A DNA stretch of 64,000 nt, taken from assembly GCA_963753595.1 (NCBI GenBank), contig CAVWCX010000023.1, forward strand, positions 64,001-128,000, written 5' to 3'. Made by a program: the position numbers and the translations under genes. The stretch comes from Candidatus Methanoperedenaceae archaeon. Lineage in GTDB: Archaea; Halobacteriota; Methanosarcinia; Methanosarcinales; Methanoperedenaceae. Below are positions 62,415 through 64,000 of this stretch, one piece after another (the first letter of the stretch is position 1; each line of letters begins with the position of its first letter). Below the pieces are notes generated by a model that was given only the letters and a program-made list of their open reading frames with translations, was not told where the DNA came from and ran no database searches.

Positions 62415-63083
62415 TTACCCGCCTTTTGGCAAGAACGGCATCAGCCAATCCATGAATGAGTTCATGCTCCTTGTTTGCAGATAAAGAGTCCCTGTTCCCC
62501 GAAACTCAGCTACAAGCCCTTCTCCGCTAAATATTGTTGATTTGAGGCCGCCAACTCTTTTAACAGTATAATCCAATCCTTCAGTGAAAGCCACCATATG
62601 ACCGGTATCAATAGTGAATGGCTCTCCAGTCAGTTTGACTTCGTGTATCGCGCCGAAACTGGAAATGAAAGCATCACCGGTGCCCGCCATCTTCAGGAGA
62701 AATAAACCTTCGCGTGAGAAAAATGATTTTGCTCCACCCCATTTGGTATCAAGGCTCACCTCAGGGGATGAGGCTATATAACTTCCATTCTGGACAAAAA
62801 GCGTCTCCCCATTTAACCTGTGATGGGCGATATCTCCCTGGTATGGAGGCGCAAGTCCCACGATGCCTTTTGATTTTGCGGTGAACGTGTTGGTGAAGAA
62901 AGACTCACCTCCAAGTAAACCCCTGGTAAGCGCTCCGAATACGCCGCCTTTTGCTTTTGTTGCGATCTCGATCCCTGGCGACATATATACCATAGCGCCT
63001 GATTCTGCTTCGATACGTTCTCCTGCTTCAAGCTTTACCTCAAGCAAGGTATAAGCCGGTTTATACATTATTTCATGCTGCAT
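62415..63083 (-). CDS. AIM24 / TIGR00266 family protein
   Basis: AESGAMVYMS, GGESFF, IDTGHMVAF and SGEGLV. Confidence 0.9.
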   Translation of the reverse strand: MQHEIMYKPAYTLLEVKLEAGERIEAESGAMVYMSPGIEIATKAKGGVFGALTRGLLGGESFFTNTFTAKSKGIVGLAPPYQGDIAHHRLNGETLFVQNGSYIASSPEVSLDTKWGGAKSFFSREGLFLLKMAGTGDAFISSFGAIHEVKLTGEPFTIDTGHMVAFTEGLDYTVKRVGGLKSTIFSGEGLVAEFRGTGTLYLQTRSMNSFMDWLMPFLPKGG

Positions 63084-63086
63084 AAT

Positions 63087-64000
63087 TTACACGAACATTC
63101 CTGCTACTTCTTCTTTTGATTCTTTTATGATCATCTTATTGAAGGAATCCTTGAAGTCCTGCATGGTGACAGCCTTTCCTTTCCTTCGTATCACGAACAT
63201 GCCGGCTTCCGTGACAATCGCTTTCAATTCGGCTCCGCTTAGTCCATCCGTCATTACAACAAGCTCATCAATATCAACATCCTCAAGTTTCATGTTCCTT
63301 GTGTGGATCTTTAATATTTCTTTCCTTCCTTCTGCATCAGGCGATGGTATCTCAATAATCCTGTCAAACCTCCCGGGTCTTAAAAGAGCGGGATCAAGAA
63401 GATCGATACGATTTGTCGCGGCTACTATTTTTACATCCCCGCGTGCATCAAACCCATCAAGTTCAGCAAGTAACTGCACCATTGTCCTGTTCACTTCGGA
63501 TGAACCCGTAGTGCCGTCATAAGTCCTTCTGCTTCCCACTGAATCGATCTCATCAATAAAAACAATACTGGGCGCTTTCTCCCTTGCCATTTCAAAAACA
63601 TCTCTTACAAGCCTTGCGCCTTCACCGATATATTTCTGGACAAGCTCGCTTCCGCTCATCCTGATAAAAGTAGCCTTTGCCCTGTGAGCAACGGCTTTTG
63701 CAACAAGCGTCTTGCCATTCCCAGGCGGGCCATAAAGCATAATGCCATGTGGCGGCTCAACCCCGACATCAATAAACAGTTCAGGGCTAGTCAGGGGAAG
63801 CTCAAGAGTCTCAATGACTTCATCTATCTGTTTTTTCAACCCGCCGATCATATCGTAATCGATATTCGGGCTTTCAATAAGTTCCATGACCCGCGCTCTT
63901 ACATCGACTGATTTTGATAATACCCTTACGATCGCAAGATTTCCGGTGACTGCAACACGAGCTCCGGATTCAATATTGGGCAGAATATCATCCGGGATCT
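63087..64000 (-). CDS. pan: Proteasome-activating nucleotidase (AAA+), 5' end outside the window
   Basis: GPPGNGKT, FIDEID and RPGRFDR; the frame stays open to the window edge. Confidence 0.9.
   Translation of the reverse strand, partial: IPDDILPNIESGARVAVTGNLAIVRVLSKSVDVRARVMELIESPNIDYDMIGGLKKQIDEVIETLELPLTSPELFIDVGVEPPHGIMLYGPPGNGKTLVAKAVAHRAKATFIRMSGSELVQKYIGEGARLVRDVFEMAREKAPSIVFIDEIDSVGSRRTYDGTTGSSEVNRTMVQLLAELDGFDARGDVKIVAATNRIDLLDPALLRPGRFDRIIEIPSPDAEGRKEILKIHTRNMKLEDVDIDELVVMTDGLSGAELKAIVTEAGMFVIRRKGKAVTMQDFKDSFNKMIIKESKEEVAGMFV

Noticed and set aside
1-64000. Borg, plasmid or provirus origin of the window
   Set aside because: Dense housekeeping genes and tRNAs on mixed strands; no perfect long tandem-repeat arrays, capsid, integrase or replication genes.

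Overview
Chromosomal window from a Methanosarcinales archaeon, most likely Ca. Methanoperedens (ANME-2d). This is inferred from DUF1608 S-layer proteins, large multiheme cytochromes including an S-layer fusion, methanogenesis marker 14, archaeosortase A and aroA'/aroB'. Left to right it contains: a chemotaxis/archaellum block (two MCP paralogues, cheW, KaiC-like ATPase, ArlCDE-like protein), rnhA/pspAB/htpX, a second S-layer-domain gene, an NrtA/TauA-type ABC transporter, vapBC, carB, two tRNAs, ftsZ, aroA'B', a repeat-bracketed 1.2-kb cassette, assorted enzymes, a ~16-kb cell-surface island (37.9-53.7 kb), nrdJ, artA-pssD-pssA-mptD, trmJ, marker 14 and pan. The best candidate new system is in the surface island. 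The main S-layer protein carries an extra N-terminal cohesin-like beta-sandwich, and three neighbouring secreted proteins (a ~16-17-heme cytochrome, an M4/M36-type protease and a tiny protein) all end in the same 41-42-aa EF-hand dockerin-like tag. This suggests a plug-and-socket display system for cytochromes and enzymes on the S-layer. Other notable signals are a family of 9-bp-period nested palindromes, a TTCAC-N6-TTCAC-N7-TATA motility-regulon promoter motif, a circularly permuted ABC binding protein, and MCP paralogues differing by a sensor swap and near-symmetric heptad deletions. About ten single-base frameshifts, several in conserved genes, indicate an error-prone (probably long-read) assembly, so split genes are treated as probably intact.
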